A stretch of 64,000 nucleotides of DNA, from positions 17,083,758 through 17,147,757 of the forward strand of contig NC_068988.1 in NCBI RefSeq assembly GCF_001194135.2. Direction: 5' to 3'. The notes under the pieces were generated by a model that saw only the letters and a list, made by a program, of their open reading frames with translations, made no database searches and was not told where the DNA came from. Of the stretch, positions 61,959 through 64,000 are shown in pieces. This stretch comes from Octopus bimaculoides. Taxonomy: Eukaryota. Position 1 is the stretch's first letter; each line of letters starts with the position of its first letter. The position numbers and the translations under genes are program-made.

Positions 61959-63574
61959 TAGATACAGACATGCGTGCATCTACATATCAATGTCTTCTAT
62001 ATGCCTGATGTGAATATTTTAGTTTTAGTTCCTATAATAAAAGGATATGGCTGGGCAAATGTCATAAGTAAAATATTATCTTTCTCAACCTCACAGACAT
62101 GTAATGCGTGTTTTCAAGGAAGGAAGTTTTACTTCACCGATATCATCAAAGGGTGCCAAGGAATATTTCGAAGCTGTGGAACCTCTAATGCTAATATTGT
62201 ATAGTCTTAAATTAATTCATAATATTTTGAAGCTGTAATACCAATTGAACACGAAGCTTCAAATAATGTCGTAAAGCAAAGATCTGTTGCTCAATTGAAG
62301 ATTTATGGGTGACAATGGCTAGATTAATATTTTTTATAATAAACTGAAAAAGAAAAATGAAATTAAATATTTATACTTGTATTTTAATGAAGCGTGATAG
62401 ATTCAAAAAGACAAAGTTTAAATTCGCTCAGAAAATATAAGATTAAAATGCTAATGATAAGAATAAACAAATAAGCGAAAATAGTAACACTCTTCTGGGA
62501 ACATACATATACGCACATAGTTACTCTCATCAGCAAATATTGTCTCTTACGGATGTTTTTATAAGTCAATATGCGATACTGAACGTAGACAACATGTTAG
62601 TAGTACTATTAAAATCTCCCGCACAAATCCCGATAATTTTAGTACGGAACAACATATTAGATCATGTATCTTAGAGTATCTCCGTAAACAAAAGAACGAA
62701 TCATATAGCGTTGATGATTGGTTTGTTTAAAGAAGGCTTGTCACAATCAAAATACCACGCATTGCACACAGATAAGAATGCAAACTTCAACATCCATAAA
62801 AGAACGAGAATGAAGTTTATGTCATATAGAAATGGCAGTGACATATGTAACGTCTGTATTTCTAAGAAATGACTGGCGCTGAGAAAATCATAGGGTAAAC
62901 ACTTTATGAATAAGAAACTATCCAGGACGTGAGTATCAGTCATCGGTAAGGAATTATCGTATTTCTTGTACAACACTAATTCATCAGTAATTTAGTTATG
63001 ATATCATTATTAATATATCGTACATGATCACTAAAGATAAGCTACAAGCGTAACATAAATTGTAATCTCTTTTTCTGCAGTAGATTGTAAATGCACAGAT
63101 GCAAAACGATGGTAAATACGAGAAAGGACAAAGAATATGTGATACAGAAAGCAGAACTGCTACATAGTATGACAAAACATCAAGCTGTTTCTAATGTTAA
63201 CCTTTATCTTCACCGTTATGTAGCATTTTTGTAGTAATATTCCGATTCGTGTGTAGAGAATAATTTCAACGATTACTCAAATAATTAAATGAATTCATAT
63301 CTCAAGATTGTATTCAAATTAGCATCGCCCAACTGATATTAGTAGTCACAAAAATTATTTCAGGCATCATAAACATGATCAGCTTTGGTCATCAGCTTAA
63401 GAAACACTTAGAAATACTTCGTCTTCCGTTCGCCAATGCAACATCTTTTATTAATCCACATAAATTTTTTTAAATATTTTATCCACCTTATTTAGTGGCC
63501 TGTTATTTTTCAAATTTAATTTTATGCTTGAACTGAAATCTATTGTTAGTTTTGTTGTTGTTGCTCTTGAAATT

Positions 63575-63581
63575 ATTATTA

Positions 63582-63662
<81 letters not shown>

Positions 63663-63663
63663 T
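63575..63663. repeat. (ATT)n microsatellite
   Basis: Directly visible. Confidence 0.95.
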
Positions 63664-63676
63664 GTGAAATACTGTG

Positions 63677-63740
63677 GTGGTGAGCTGGCAATATTGTTAA
63701 AGCCTCTTAAAAATGCTTACCGAAATTTTTTACAGATTTT
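63677..63740 (+). mobile_element. SINE family C head fragment, degenerate
   Basis: GGTGGTGAGCTGGCAATATTGTTAAAGCC...AAATGCTTACCG resembles the head at 22663. Confidence 0.5.
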
Positions 63741-64000
63741 TCACGTACAGAATCTACAATTTATACTCTTGATGCCGAAAAATGAAACGGCAGTTAAGTA
63801 CTATATAACCATGGTATCTTCAAGATTTACGGGTTTTTATTTAAATCAGAAAGAATTAAAGTATAGTTATAGTATTGATTTCTTCGGGGTTTTTTTTTGG
63901 GTGGGGGGGTCCAGTTTTGAAGATGGAAGTGCCATCTATTTTCTCAACGAAAAAAAAAGAATCCATGGCAACTGCTCGAGGGACTAAAGCTCTACGATTT

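Overview
Eukaryotic, AT-rich, microsatellite-saturated non-coding DNA with 16 N-gaps, most flanked by (TA)n or other simple repeats. The SINE, LINE and microsatellite content looks like an Octopus genome (inference from recalled repeat families; no search was run). No host protein-coding gene can be supported, so this is a gene desert or a very large intron. Most ORF-track entries are microsatellite or N-gap artefacts. Recognisable content: four tRNA-headed SINE families (labelled A-D here), an RTE-clade LINE 3' end with an internal inversion, CR1-like LINE fragments (3' ORF2 end and endonuclease), Penelope-like element (PLE) fragments (GIY-YIG, RT, pLTR-like pieces with hammerhead-like cores), two decayed mariner transposases and several MITEs. 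The most interesting structures are a ~680-nt unique-looking fold-back at 4343-5023, a twin-priming-type inverted RTE insertion at 81-653, and a PLE remnant at 33940-35137 bounded by inverted repeats and carrying a degenerate minimal hammerhead ribozyme. Identities were judged by eye and boundaries are approximate.
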